From the NCBI GenBank assembly GCA_965205655.1, contig CBDBIJ010000022.1, positions 32,001 to 96,000 on the forward strand: DNA of 64,000 nt. Reading direction: 5' to 3'. This document shows positions 40,602 through 51,149 of this stretch, piece by piece (positions within the stretch are counted from its first letter, which is position 1; each line of letters starts with the position of its first letter). The notes under the pieces were generated by a model. The model did no database searches. It was not told the DNA's origin and was given only the letters and a program-made list of their open reading frames with translations. The position numbers and the translations under genes are program-made. The stretch comes from Candidatus Latescibacterota bacterium (GTDB lineage Bacteria; Latescibacterota; UBA2968; UBA8231).

Positions 40602-42029
40602 ATGACATCCGGCTTCGAACGGGCGATCGACACTGTTTCGCGCATCAGGAGCAAAGACGTCAGCGCGGGAGAGATCCTGGAGGAGCATCTCTCTCGGATC
40701 AGCCGGGTCAATCCCGAGGTCAACGCCATCGTGACCTTGACGGCCGAACAGGCGATGGCCGATGCCGACGCGGCCGACGAGGCGATTGCCAGGGGTGAGC
40801 CACTGGGCCCTCTCCACGGCCTGCCGGTCGCCCACAAAGATCTCGTCCCCACCAAAGGCGTTCGCACCACCCTCGGCTCACCGATCTACGCGGACGACAT
40901 CCCCGACCACGACGGCCTCATCGTCGAGCGCATCAAGCGGGCCGGGGCCATTACCGTCGGCAAGACGAACACCCCGGAATTCGGCGCGGGATCACAAACC
41001 TTCAACGAAGTCTTCGGCGAAACCAGGAATCCCTACGATCTGTCGAAAACCTGCGGCGGCAGCAGCGGCGGAGCAGCCGTGGCGCTCGCCTGCGACATGG
41101 TGCCGATTGCCGATGGCAGCGACCTCGGCGGTTCCCTCAGAAACCCGGCGAATTTCTGCAACGTCGTCGGCTTTCGCCCCTCGCCGGGACGGGTTCCGAT
41201 ATGGCCGGCCATCGCAGCATGGTTTCCACTGTCGGTCCAGGGACCAATGGCCCGCACGGTGGAGGACGCGGCCCTCCTGCTCAGCGCCATCGCCGGACCC
41301 GATCCGCGGTCTCCCATCTCGATCGAGGAATCGGGAGATCGGTTCCGCGAACCGCTCGACCGCAATTTCAATGGAACGCGCGTCGCCTGGAGCCGCGACC
41401 TTGGCGGGCTACCGATCGATCCTCGCGTCACCGAGACGATCGAGGCGCAGCGTCACGTCTTTGAGGGGCTGGGGCTCGACATCCAGGACGGCGAGCCGGA
41501 TTTCAGCGGCGCCGACGAAGCGTTCCGGGCCTGGCGGGCGTGGCGCTTCGAGCTCGCCCACGGCGATCTACTCGACGAGCACCGGGACCAGATAAAGGAC
41601 ACGGTCATCTGGAACGTCGAGGCGGGCCAGAAACTGACCGGTCACGACATTTCACGGGCCGAACAGAAGCGCACCGAGCTCTATCATCGCCTGCGCGAAT
41701 ACATGGACACCTGCGAGTTTCTGATCTGTCCCGTCAGCCAGGTTCCCCCATTCGACATCGACAAGCGCTACGTCACCGAGATCGACGGGGTTCAGCTCGA
41801 AACCTACATCGACTGGATGAAGTCATGCTACTACATCTCGGTGACCGGACACCCGGCGATTTCCGTTCCCTGTGGTTTCACATCGGACGGCCTTCCCGTA
41901 GGCGTTCAGATCGTCGGCCGTCACCACGACGACTTCGGCGTCCTCCAGCTCGCCTACGCCTTTCAGGAAGCGACTGGATTCTGGAAGCAGCGTCCTCCCG
42001 TTGCCCAACTCCCCCCTGTCGCCAACTAA
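40602..42029 (+). CDS. Amidase signature family enzyme
   Basis: GKTNTPEFG, GGSSGG, GSDLGGSLRNPA. Confidence 0.93.
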   Translation: MTSGFERAIDTVSRIRSKDVSAGEILEEHLSRISRVNPEVNAIVTLTAEQAMADADAADEAIARGEPLGPLHGLPVAHKDLVPTKGVRTTLGSPIYADDIPDHDGLIVERIKRAGAITVGKTNTPEFGAGSQTFNEVFGETRNPYDLSKTCGGSSGGAAVALACDMVPIADGSDLGGSLRNPANFCNVVGFRPSPGRVPIWPAIAAWFPLSVQGPMARTVEDAALLLSAIAGPDPRSPISIEESGDRFREPLDRNFNGTRVAWSRDLGGLPIDPRVTETIEAQRHVFEGLGLDIQDGEPDFSGADEAFRAWRAWRFELAHGDLLDEHRDQIKDTVIWNVEAGQKLTGHDISRAEQKRTELYHRLREYMDTCEFLICPVSQVPPFDIDKRYVTEIDGVQLETYIDWMKSCYYISVTGHPAISVPCGFTSDGLPVGVQIVGRHHDDFGVLQLAYAFQEATGFWKQRPPVAQLPPVAN

Positions 42030-43018
42030 GCGTAGACCGCGTCTTTGCTCCACATTGCGTATCCGATCCCGGTCGAGAACTCCTCGAACCCGATCTCTTC
42101 ACAAATCTTTCCCAGGCCGTCGTCCGTTGCGGCGACGCTGACGTCGACGATACGGGCCGACTCCTCGCCATTCAGTCTTGCGACCGAATGCGCCAGGAGC
42201 TGACTTCGCAGACGCGGGTGCTCGAGCTCGGGATCGACGCGCGGAAAGGTTACGCTGCTGAACTCGGAGCCGTTCCTGAGTGCGGATGCGGCATACCCGA
42301 CGACGCGTCCGCCCCGCTCGGCGACGAGAAACTCGCTGGATTCCGCTTCCCATTCAGACCGCAGCCCTTCCAGACAACGCTGCTGCCAGGACTTCCCGCC
42401 CAGGAGGCCGAACATGTCTTCGATGATCTTTTCCTTGCTGAACAATGCCATGGGGTCCCGAATGGCGATGTCGCAAATGCGTTCCAGATCACTTGGCTCT
42501 GAGGTCCTTATCGCCGCGTCGCCAGGCTCCGCATCCGGGCTGCCTGCATTCAACAGGTGCTTCCACGTCGAATAGCCCGCCTGCCCCGACACTTCCGTGA
42601 AACCCACCTTCTCGTAGACGCGGCGAGCCGGTCGATCGTGGACCATGGTCGAGACGAAGAGGATTTCATGGGACTCGGCTTCGACCAGCTCGCGGACCAC
42701 CCTTTTTACCAGGAGTGTTCCGATTCCTCGGCCCTGATATTCGGGATCGACTGCATTCGCTCCGATCTGTCTCGTACCGTATTCCTCACAAGCGCAGTGA
42801 CTGCTGTAGCCCGCAACCCCTCCTTCGTCCTCGGCAACGAAAACCTTGTCCAAGTTTTGCTCGCAGAACCTTCGAACCGACGCCGCCTTGTCCTTGACGC
42901 CGCCACCGATGTCATAGCGCTCCTTTATCGCCTGAGCCGCGCAATAGGGCCCAAATGAAAGCTGCGTGATCTCGTAGATCCGATCCAGGTCTCCTGTGAC
43001 AGCTTTCCTGATGTTCAT
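42026..43018 (-). CDS. Tandem GNAT acetyltransferase
   Basis: VDPEYQGRGIG, ARRVYEKVGF; second degenerate GNAT domain. Confidence 0.8.
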   Translation of the reverse strand: MNIRKAVTGDLDRIYEITQLSFGPYCAAQAIKERYDIGGGVKDKAASVRRFCEQNLDKVFVAEDEGGVAGYSSHCACEEYGTRQIGANAVDPEYQGRGIGTLLVKRVVRELVEAESHEILFVSTMVHDRPARRVYEKVGFTEVSGQAGYSTWKHLLNAGSPDAEPGDAAIRTSEPSDLERICDIAIRDPMALFSKEKIIEDMFGLLGGKSWQQRCLEGLRSEWEAESSEFLVAERGGRVVGYAASALRNGSEFSSVTFPRVDPELEHPRLRSQLLAHSVARLNGEESARIVDVSVAATDDGLGKICEEIGFEEFSTGIGYAMWSKDAVYA

Positions 43019-43055
43019 GATCCGGTTCCGCCTGGCGTCCTCACACCATGAGCCG

Positions 43056-45230
43056 CTAAGTGCGACCTCCACGATGGTCGCGCAGCTGAATCGCCTCGGC
43101 TGCCGTCGACAGCAGCTCGGGAACCCTGAAGGGCTTCTTCAGACAAAAGTCGAAGTGTGCCAGTCGGGGATCGGTCTCGCCGATGTCCCAACCGGTAACC
43201 AGAATCGTGGGCAGCGTTGCGTCTCGCGAGCGCAGGGTCTGCGCCAGTGCATCGCCCGGCAGGCCGGGCATGCCCAGGTCGATCAGTGCGGCATCGAACC
43301 ATCCTGAGTTGAATTCGTCAAGTACGGCCGCGGCGTTGTCGTGGGATGACACCTCGTGTTTGCCCGAAAGGACTTTCACCATGAACTCCCTCGCCGTATC
43401 GTCGTCCTCGACGACGAGCAGTCGACCACTGCGAACCGGCGCCTGTTCCTTCGCCGGCGGCAGCTCGTCATCTTCGGCTGCGACAGGCAGCCTGATTGTG
43501 AACTTGGAACCGATACCCGGTGAGCTCTCGATCTCGACGGATCCCCCCCAACTGTTCACCGTATTATAAACGGTGTACAGTCCAAGTCCCGTGCCGACTG
43601 CCGCTTTCGTCGTAAAGAACGGCTCGAAGATCCGACGCTGCGTGCTGGTGTCCATCCCCACACCCGAGTCTTCCACACTGAGCAGCACGTCTTCACCGTC
43701 TGCCCTGAGGCACAGTGTGAGTGAGCCTCCCTGGGGCATTGCGTCGATGGCGTTGAACAGCAGGTTGAGCAGGACATCGTGGAGTCCCGTTTCAGTCCCC
43801 CGGACGAGGGGTACCGACTCATCTAAGTGCGTGATCATCTTGATCGTCGATCCTTCTGCTTCGGCAGCGTCCTTCCAGCGAGGTCGGGCCGATTCCACGG
43901 CGCGCTTTACCGCCGCTGTCGCCGACACCGCGCCCCCTTCTTCCTCTCTCTTGTGAGGTAGCGCACCGTGCAGCTGACGCACGAGTTCGGCGGCCCGTGT
44001 CGCGGAGAACATGATCGCGTCGATCTGTTTTTTCGCCCCGGGATCCTTGACTTGGTCCTGCAGGATCTCCGCCGGGATGAGTATCCCAAGCAGCATATTG
44101 TTGAGGTTGTGACTGACGCCGGCCGCCATCTCGCCCAGCGCGCGCAGCCGTTCGAGGCGCACCATCTCGCGCTCGGCTTGCGCGAGCTGCTTCAACATGT
44201 CGTTGATCGTCGTCCCCAGATCGGCGAGCTCGTCCGATCCTGATACGGAGACGGCGGCCTCGAGATCCTTCTCTTCGCCGACTTTGCGAACACTTTGGCC
44301 GAGGTCGGCGAGTCTCCTCAGGACTGTGCCCTCGAGGAGCAGCACGGTAACTGCGGCGAAAAAGACGCCTGCCACCGCCACTGCAGTTATCAGGTACCGA
44401 ACTGTGAGCAGCCCCTGCTGGTATATTTCGCGTGTCGTCTCCACGCGCAGTAGGACGGCATCCCGATCGTACAGATCCTTCATGATCGTGTACCCGGCCA
44501 GCCTGGTGTCGCTCAACGGCTGAACATGAATGCGCGATTCCGGGCCCAGTGCCGATCGGGCCTCCTGGTAGTCGGGCTCGAGCGTGCCCTTATCGAGCCG
44601 TTCCCGCGACAATGAAAGCTGAGTGATGGACTGCAGTCGCTCTACCTCGTGATCGTCGAGGTAACGTCCCATGATCACAACGCCTCGGATGGGGCCTTCG
44701 TGTTCGCTGGTCACAATGGGGCGCGCTGCGATGAGCATTGGAGCGTCCGGCAACAGCACGATCCCAGTTCGTTTGCTGAGAGGTTCGGGCAGTCCCAGCA
44801 AACCGGTCTCGGTCAGATGTTCGGAAAAGGAAAGCGGGACCTGGACGCGCTTGTCCGCGCTCAAGTCGTAGCCCTTTTGAAAAACTACCTTGCCTTCCAG
44901 GTCGACTATGGCTATCAGATTGATGCGCAAACTCGCTACGGCGAGTGTCGCGTCCACCAGGTTGGACTCTATGAACTCTTCGTTCGCATCGACGACGAAT
45001 TCGTAGGTGTCATCCCAGCCGGACCAATCGATTGCCGTCCTGCTGAGGTAGCTTATCTCCGCTTCGATGGCCGCAACAGCCTGCCGTACCTGCCGCTCGG
45101 CAGCCTCCCTCTCGACTTGACGGAATCCATCCAGAAGGATGGTTTGTCCCAATGCGTACAGACTGGCCACGAGTGCCAGTGTTGTGAGGGCGACGATCAG
45201 AAGCGTTTTCTGACGCAGACTCATGGTCAT
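43056..45230 (-). CDS. Hybrid sensor histidine kinase (CHASE4-HAMP-HisKA-HATPase-REC)
   Basis: DWSGWDDTYEFV, GVSHNLNNML, NAIDAM, FEPFFTTK, GTGLGL, LVVEDD. Confidence 0.92.
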   Translation of the reverse strand: MTMSLRQKTLLIVALTTLALVASLYALGQTILLDGFRQVEREAAERQVRQAVAAIEAEISYLSRTAIDWSGWDDTYEFVVDANEEFIESNLVDATLAVASLRINLIAIVDLEGKVVFQKGYDLSADKRVQVPLSFSEHLTETGLLGLPEPLSKRTGIVLLPDAPMLIAARPIVTSEHEGPIRGVVIMGRYLDDHEVERLQSITQLSLSRERLDKGTLEPDYQEARSALGPESRIHVQPLSDTRLAGYTIMKDLYDRDAVLLRVETTREIYQQGLLTVRYLITAVAVAGVFFAAVTVLLLEGTVLRRLADLGQSVRKVGEEKDLEAAVSVSGSDELADLGTTINDMLKQLAQAEREMVRLERLRALGEMAAGVSHNLNNMLLGILIPAEILQDQVKDPGAKKQIDAIMFSATRAAELVRQLHGALPHKREEEGGAVSATAAVKRAVESARPRWKDAAEAEGSTIKMITHLDESVPLVRGTETGLHDVLLNLLFNAIDAMPQGGSLTLCLRADGEDVLLSVEDSGVGMDTSTQRRIFEPFFTTKAAVGTGLGLYTVYNTVNSWGGSVEIESSPGIGSKFTIRLPVAAEDDELPPAKEQAPVRSGRLLVVEDDDTAREFMVKVLSGKHEVSSHDNAAAVLDEFNSGWFDAALIDLGMPGLPGDALAQTLRSRDATLPTILVTGWDIGETDPRLAHFDFCLKKPFRVPELLSTAAEAIQLRDHRGGRT

Positions 45231-45399
45231 CTCGAGATTTGGGAGCGGCGAATGTATCCGGTTTGATCACACCTGTCCAGATTCACCCGAGTTCCTCCGG
45301 CGAGTCGAACTTGGCGTCCGGCGAAGATGATGTACCTTTGAATCTCATGCTTTCGAGCGCCCCTCTCAACATACGGTCCGTCGACCGCGAGCCGCCCGA

Positions 45400-45703
45400 A
45401 TGTCTGAATCCACTCCACAGATTGTCTCGATAAACAAGATCTGGGATCACGGCACCCACAACGCCTTCACCGATCTCCTCCGCGTTACCGACCGGTGGCG
45501 GCCGGCACGAGGACGGAGGTCGCGCCATGGTCCTGGCGCGCATGACGAAGGACAGCTACGAGCCGGTGTTGGGCTTGCCGAGCGGGGGCGATTGCAGCTA
45601 CCCCGGCATGGTCGTGTACGACGGTCTTCTCTGGATGAGCTACTACTCCTCTCACGAGGGCAAGACCAGCATCTACCTGGCGCGCATCCGGTGTAATCGA
45701 TGA
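45400..45703 (+). pseudogene. Collapsed beta-propeller/sialidase-like gene (only N- and C-terminal ends remain)
   Basis: KIWDHGTHNAFTDLLR..DRW joined almost directly to LPSGGDCSYPGMVVYDGLLWMSYYSSHEGKTSIYLARI in another frame. Confidence 0.7.
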
Positions 45704-46824
45704 CTACATCTCTGTGGCAGGACGCGCCCGAGCCGATTCGAGCGGAACACGACGACGTGGTCATCGGAGCCGGCATCGTCGGCTCCTACGCCGCCACCGT
45801 GCTGGGGCAGCGCGGCCGGGACGTGGCTCTCGTCGACGCGCGCTTTCCCGCCGCTGGCGCTTCGGGCCGCAACGCCGGCTTCGTGCTGACCTCTCAGCGC
45901 GAGCACTATCCGGTGCTCATCGAGCAAGTCGGTCACGACGGCGCGCGCGAGATTTTAACTATGGTGCGAGACAACGTGGCGCGCATGCGCGCGCTGGCAG
46001 TTGAGTACGGCATTCCCATTGACGAAGGGGCCGTCTATCTGGCAGAAAACCGGGCCGAGGCGCGGGAACTGGAAGAATGGGCCCGGGCTTACGAGGCGGA
46101 TGGCGTGCCGCTGGAATTCGGCGAGGGCGACCCTTACGGTGCGGGCTTCACGGCGAGCATGAGAGTCGAGAACGATTTTGGGGTCCAGCCGGCCAGGCTC
46201 ACCGAAGCCATTGCCGCGGCGTCCGGCGCAACGCTCTACGACCACAACGAAGTCCACACTCTCGCAACGGCCGACGACCATCTCCTGGTGGTGGGGCGTC
46301 GCGCCCACATACGCTGCCGGCGGGTCTTTGTCGCCACCAATGGCTACACCGGTAATCTGCATCCCTACCTGCATGGCCTTGTGCGTCCGTTGCGCGGACA
46401 GATCCTGATGACCACCCCGGTGGAGCCGCTGATGGACGTGGGCGGCATCACCGAATACAACTACTTTCGCCAGTTCGAGAACGGTCAGGTGTTGCTGGGC
46501 GGATCTCGCATCTTCTTCGAGGAACAGGAGTACACGGCAGAGGATGTCACCACACCCAATCTTCTCGAGCACCTGAAGGCCTACTTGCGCCGCTGGTTCG
46601 CCGGTATCGACTTCGAGGTAGAGCGCCACTGGGCCGGCATCCACGGCTTCACCACCGACCGCCGCGCCGCTGTCGGCCTCATTCCGGGCGAGCCGCGCAT
46701 CGCCTTCGCCCTGGGCTTCAGTGGCTACGGCAATTCCATCGGGCTGCTGTCAGCCGAGCGCATGGTAGAGCTGGCGCTCGACGGCCGCGACCCCGGACCG
46801 TTGTCGGCGATGCGGTTCGCCTGA
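45700..46824 (+). CDS. FAD-dependent oxidoreductase (DAO/PuuB-like)
   Basis: VIGAGIVG, GASGRNAGF, VATNGY, GFSGYG. Confidence 0.88.
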   Translation: MTTSLWQDAPEPIRAEHDDVVIGAGIVGSYAATVLGQRGRDVALVDARFPAAGASGRNAGFVLTSQREHYPVLIEQVGHDGAREILTMVRDNVARMRALAVEYGIPIDEGAVYLAENRAEARELEEWARAYEADGVPLEFGEGDPYGAGFTASMRVENDFGVQPARLTEAIAAASGATLYDHNEVHTLATADDHLLVVGRRAHIRCRRVFVATNGYTGNLHPYLHGLVRPLRGQILMTTPVEPLMDVGGITEYNYFRQFENGQVLLGGSRIFFEEQEYTAEDVTTPNLLEHLKAYLRRWFAGIDFEVERHWAGIHGFTTDRRAAVGLIPGEPRIAFALGFSGYGNSIGLLSAERMVELALDGRDPGPLSAMRFA

Positions 46825-46912
46825 GGAGTGTGGCTGACCGTTCGCACGGCGGCGACTGGATCGGTAGTTTACCTGCGGATTCGGGACAAAACCCTGAAGG
46901 AGGGCCGCTGCG

Positions 46913-47878
46913 ATGACCCCGGAACAGATCCTATCTCACCCAGCTCAGATACTGACAGATGAACAGCGCCGCTACTACTTCGAGAACGGCTATTTGCTGG
47001 TCGAGCGCATCGTGCCGCAGCAGTGGGTTGAACGGTTGATCGCGGTCACTGAGGAGATGGTCGATCGCAGCCGCTCGCTGGAACAATCGGACGCCATTTT
47101 CGATCTCGAGCCGGGACACACGGCCGAGGAGCCGCGGTTGCGCCGCCTGACCAGCCCGGTCGAGCACCACCAGACCTACTGGGAGTTTGCTTCGCAATCC
47201 ATCATCGCCGACATCGCCGCCGATCTGGTCGGTCCCGACGTCAAGTACCACCATTCGAAGTTGAACTTCAAATGGGCAGCCGGCGGTGAAGAGGTGAAGT
47301 GGCATCAGGATATCGGCTACTGGCCGCACACGAACTACAGTCCGCTGACCATCGGCACTTATCTGCACGACGTCGGCGACGACCAGGGGCCGTTGGGTGC
47401 CATCGCCGGCAGTCACAACGGCCCGCTCTACGATCAGTACTCGAACGGCAAATGGGTTGGTTGCTTGAGCGAGGAAGATGCGAGGGGAATCGACGCGAGC
47501 AAGGTCGAATACCTGGCTGGTCCGGCTGGCTCGATCACCATTCACCACTGCCGCGTCATTCACGGCTCAAGGCCGAACCTGTCGGACGCGGGACGGCCTC
47601 TCCTGCTGAACGTCTACTCGTCGGCGGATGCGTTCACCTATACCGCCAACCCCTTGCCGAGCCGCTACGAGGGAGAGGTCGTTCGCGGCCGGCCGGCGCG
47701 CTGGGCCCATCACGACGAGCGGCCCTGTCTGGTGCCGCCCGATTGGTCGGGAGGCTACACCTCACTTTACGCCTTGCAGCAGCAGGAGGAGTGGGACGAA
47801 GGGCAGCTGGAGACCGTGTCCAGGCAGACGCGGCAAATGCGGGGGGACGATACCGTGCGGCCGGCGAACGGTCCCTGA
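46913..47878 (+). CDS. PhyH family dioxygenase
   Basis: HSKLNFK, WHQD, GSH, IHGS. Confidence 0.9.
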   Translation: MTPEQILSHPAQILTDEQRRYYFENGYLLVERIVPQQWVERLIAVTEEMVDRSRSLEQSDAIFDLEPGHTAEEPRLRRLTSPVEHHQTYWEFASQSIIADIAADLVGPDVKYHHSKLNFKWAAGGEEVKWHQDIGYWPHTNYSPLTIGTYLHDVGDDQGPLGAIAGSHNGPLYDQYSNGKWVGCLSEEDARGIDASKVEYLAGPAGSITIHHCRVIHGSRPNLSDAGRPLLLNVYSSADAFTYTANPLPSRYEGEVVRGRPARWAHHDERPCLVPPDWSGGYTSLYALQQQEEWDEGQLETVSRQTRQMRGDDTVRPANGP

Positions 47879-47900
47879 CGGGCCGCGCGTCACGAGCGTG

Positions 47901-48785
47901 TCAGAGGGTTACGGAGGGTCGGGGCCGGTGCGGTTCGGAAACCGATTCGTCTTCGAAGAAGCGGGCCCAATCGCGATAGTAATCGGTAGCTACCTTTTCT
48001 GGCTGTGCCTTGCTGCGTGCCACGAAGCCTGGGTGGTTCCGGCCGGAGGGGGCGGTCAGGTCGCTGAAGCGAATATCGATGCTCCAGCGCACCGTGTCGG
48101 TCGTGTTCGGCAGGCTCCGGTGTGCCGTTTCCTTGTGGAACAACAGTGCGCCGCCCAGCTCGATGGGGCAGTCGACGATGTCGCTCTCTGAATAGTGCTC
48201 TTCCCCGACACGAACCCTATCAAGGTTCTCGAGAATGCCCCACTTGTGGCTGCCGCGCACGAACTGCATAGCACCCATCTCCCGGGTCACGTCCAACAGC
48301 GGCATCCAGCAGTTCACCATGCGCGTGTCGTGAGAATCCTCGGTGAGAAGGCCGCCATCCTGGTGAAAGTAGTCGTCGGCGATCTCGGGGAATTGCTGCT
48401 GAAAAGCCATCTTCGAACGCACGGCGAATTGGGGGTGGGCGAGGATTTCGGGTCCTATGAGATCCTCGACAACGTCGAGCAGGACGGGCTGGGTCCACAG
48501 CTGAAACACGGCATCCGTCTTCAGGCGTTTGCCGCCGGTAACTGCCGTCTTCATTTCCTGAGGGTCGACGGCGGCCTCGCACAGCTTGGTCAAGCGATAT
48601 TCGAACGCCAGATCAGCAAACGTATCGGGCACCTTGCCGGCGGCATGAAATTTCCGCGCCTCGAACTCGACGATATCGGCCAGCTCCTGCCTCAACGGGG
48701 CGGATGCCTCCGCGGGCAGCAGGCCGGGAAGGGCGAGAAAACCTTCGTCCTCGAACTGCTGAACCTGGGTGTCAGAAAGGCGCAT
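47901..48785 (-). CDS. PhyH family dioxygenase
   Basis: FHQD, NCWMPL, GSH, AHRS, RWSIDIRF. Confidence 0.88.
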   Translation of the reverse strand: MRLSDTQVQQFEDEGFLALPGLLPAEASAPLRQELADIVEFEARKFHAAGKVPDTFADLAFEYRLTKLCEAAVDPQEMKTAVTGGKRLKTDAVFQLWTQPVLLDVVEDLIGPEILAHPQFAVRSKMAFQQQFPEIADDYFHQDGGLLTEDSHDTRMVNCWMPLLDVTREMGAMQFVRGSHKWGILENLDRVRVGEEHYSESDIVDCPIELGGALLFHKETAHRSLPNTTDTVRWSIDIRFSDLTAPSGRNHPGFVARSKAQPEKVATDYYRDWARFFEDESVSEPHRPRPSVTL

Positions 48786-48900
48786 TTGGGGTTCCTTTGT
48801 TAGCGGTCTGCGCTAATATAGCTATCCGGTAGACCGAGAGCACACTGACAACGCGAATCGGTGTTCGCGACGCTGGCACAATTCCCGGGCAGGCCCGAGT

Positions 48901-50358
48901 ATGACCGCTAAACCCAACATCCTGCTCATCCTTACGGATGAGCATTCCGCCTCCGCCCTCGGTTGCTACGGGCACCCGTTTCTGCGGACCCCGGCAATCG
49001 ATTCGCTCGCTCGCGATGGCGTTCTGTTCGAGCGGGCCTACTGCAACTCACCCATCAGCGCGCCGTCGCGCCACTCGTTCCTGAGCGGCCGATATACGTG
49101 GCGCACGGATTCGTGGCACAACGGGTCGCTCCCGCCAACACATCTCCCGAGCATTGCCAGCCACTTGCGCGATCACGGCTACTACACTGCCGCGATGGGC
49201 AAGATGCACTTTGTGGGGCCGGACCAGCACTGGGGGTTCGAACATCGCCCTTATGGCGACTTTCTTGGCGAAGGACACCAGCCAGATCCGATCGGACTTG
49301 CGCCGCGGCTACCACTGTTGCCCGTCGGGCCTGCAGAAATCCCGGAAGCGGAAATGCAGAAGTCGATCGTCAACCGACTGGGTATCGAGTTTCTGCGCAG
49401 CTACGACCGCAGTGAGCCATTCTGCCTGCTCCTGTCGTACAACCGGCCACATCACCCCCTGCGCCCGCCGCAGCGCTACTGGAACAGCTACTTCCCCGAT
49501 CACGCCGACATACCCGATTGGGGCCCCAACTTTCCCGACCGCCTCCATCCGTACATGGAACACCAGCGGAAGTGGTATGGCTTCGACAAGCTTGACGAGC
49601 GGGATTTTCGCGCCGCTCGCGCCGCCTACTACGCCTGTGTCAGCTTTGTGGACGACAAAATCGCCGACGTCATTCACACCGTGGACGAACTCGGCTTGAG
49701 AGACGACACGGTCATCATCTACTGGTCGGATCACGGGGAGATGAATGGCGAGCAGGGCCGCGTGTGGAAGTCGAACTTCTTTGAGCCCTCCATGCGCGTG
49801 CCGCTCGTCTTCAGTTGTCCGAAATTGTTGCCGCACGGAAAACGAGTCTCGGAGTTGGTCGAGTTAGTAGACCTTTTCCCAACCATCGCCGAACTGGCCG
49901 GAACTCCTGTCCCTGCCGACCCGGACGGGCGCAGCCTTGTGCCGCTCATGATGTCCGGCGACACTTCCGGACGCAAAGGATACGTGCTGGCCGACCACTG
50001 CTCGCACAGCGTCCCCGCACCGCAGCGCATGATTCGCACCGACGAGTGGAAGTACATCCTCTATCTCGACGCGCGGCCAAGCCTCTACAACCTCGTGGAG
50101 GACCCGAACGAGTTTTACGATCGGGGCAATGACCCCGGCACTCAGAGTATTCGAGGCGAACTCGAGGAAATGTTGTATTTGGATTGGGACGAGGCCCGAG
50201 TGCGAGGAAATTTCGTCTACAGCCCGTCACCCGAGCAGGCGCAGGGCCGGCCGCTGTTTGGAACGCCCAATCAGTATCTCGACACTGAGGGCCAGTACAC
50301 AAATGCCGAGACGTTCTACGGCGATGTTGACTGGTCGAAAGCGGCGGGCAAAGTGTAG
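48901..50358 (+). CDS. Sulfatase (choline-sulfatase-like, Ser-type motif)
   Basis: PNILLILTDEH, SAPSR, GKMHF, RPHHP, SDHGE. Confidence 0.9.
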   Translation: MTAKPNILLILTDEHSASALGCYGHPFLRTPAIDSLARDGVLFERAYCNSPISAPSRHSFLSGRYTWRTDSWHNGSLPPTHLPSIASHLRDHGYYTAAMGKMHFVGPDQHWGFEHRPYGDFLGEGHQPDPIGLAPRLPLLPVGPAEIPEAEMQKSIVNRLGIEFLRSYDRSEPFCLLLSYNRPHHPLRPPQRYWNSYFPDHADIPDWGPNFPDRLHPYMEHQRKWYGFDKLDERDFRAARAAYYACVSFVDDKIADVIHTVDELGLRDDTVIIYWSDHGEMNGEQGRVWKSNFFEPSMRVPLVFSCPKLLPHGKRVSELVELVDLFPTIAELAGTPVPADPDGRSLVPLMMSGDTSGRKGYVLADHCSHSVPAPQRMIRTDEWKYILYLDARPSLYNLVEDPNEFYDRGNDPGTQSIRGELEEMLYLDWDEARVRGNFVYSPSPEQAQGRPLFGTPNQYLDTEGQYTNAETFYGDVDWSKAAGKV

Positions 50359-50491
50359 CGATCGAAGACGACCTGCCCTTCGAATCGCCGCGGCAACCCG
50401 GTGCGCCCAAGGCAGATACGGTTGCGCCCACGCCGCCAGAGCTTTACTTATTCGACAACGCTCTGAGTCTCAACCGAGGATAATTCCTCTC

Positions 50492-50812
50492 ATGGTTATC
50501 GGAATCGCCCTCGTCGTCGCCGTCGGATTGCTCGCCATGTGCCTTCGCGTATGGACGGAGTTCGGCCAGCGTTCGCGCCAGCTGCAGGCGGAGGTCGACC
50601 ACAACAAACGACTCATCGAGGAGCACACGGAGAAGCTGGAATCTGTGCGCGCGAAGATCGAGGAAGTCAAGGAGGAGACGGAGTCGTTGTTGAAGGAACG
50701 GGGCGGCCTCGAGACCGACGTCATACAGCAGCGCGAACAGGTGACCCAGCTGGAACAGCGGGTGGAGCGAACCCGACCGAAGTCGCATCGCGTCGACAAG
50801 GACGATACGTAG
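50492..50812 (+). CDS. Membrane-anchored coiled-coil protein
   Basis: N-terminal TM (MVIGIALVVAVGLLAMCL) followed by an E/K/Q-rich heptad helix. Confidence 0.65.
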   Translation: MVIGIALVVAVGLLAMCLRVWTEFGQRSRQLQAEVDHNKRLIEEHTEKLESVRAKIEEVKEETESLLKERGGLETDVIQQREQVTQLEQRVERTRPKSHRVDKDDT

Positions 50813-50823
50813 GATCTCTCCGA

Positions 50824-51120
50824 ATGGTCGAGATCAGCATCTCTGCCGCCGTGGGAACGCTCGTGGCGTTCGTGTTCCTGAAGGGGTACATCAACAAAAC
50901 TCTGGGCCAGCTGCGCCATGAGTGCAGCAGTCTGATGACGGAGGAACGAGAGCTGAAACGGGAGCGGGAACAGGAAGAGATTCTGGTCGAGAGCGCCGAG
51001 GCGAGACGATACCAGACGCAATACGAGGTCGAGAAACACACCGCAGAGCTGGAGGATCTGGCCGACCAGGCGAAGAAGTTCGAGCAGGAACTGGGCCGGG
51101 GGCATGCCGAAGGCGAATAA
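50824..51120 (+). CDS. Membrane-anchored coiled-coil protein
   Basis: N-terminal TM (MVEISISAAVGTLVAFVFL) followed by an E-rich helix. Confidence 0.65.
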   Translation: MVEISISAAVGTLVAFVFLKGYINKTLGQLRHECSSLMTEERELKREREQEEILVESAEARRYQTQYEVEKHTAELEDLADQAKKFEQELGRGHAEGE

Positions 51121-51149
51121 GAGACGCGGGCGATCCCGGGTCGAGCCCG

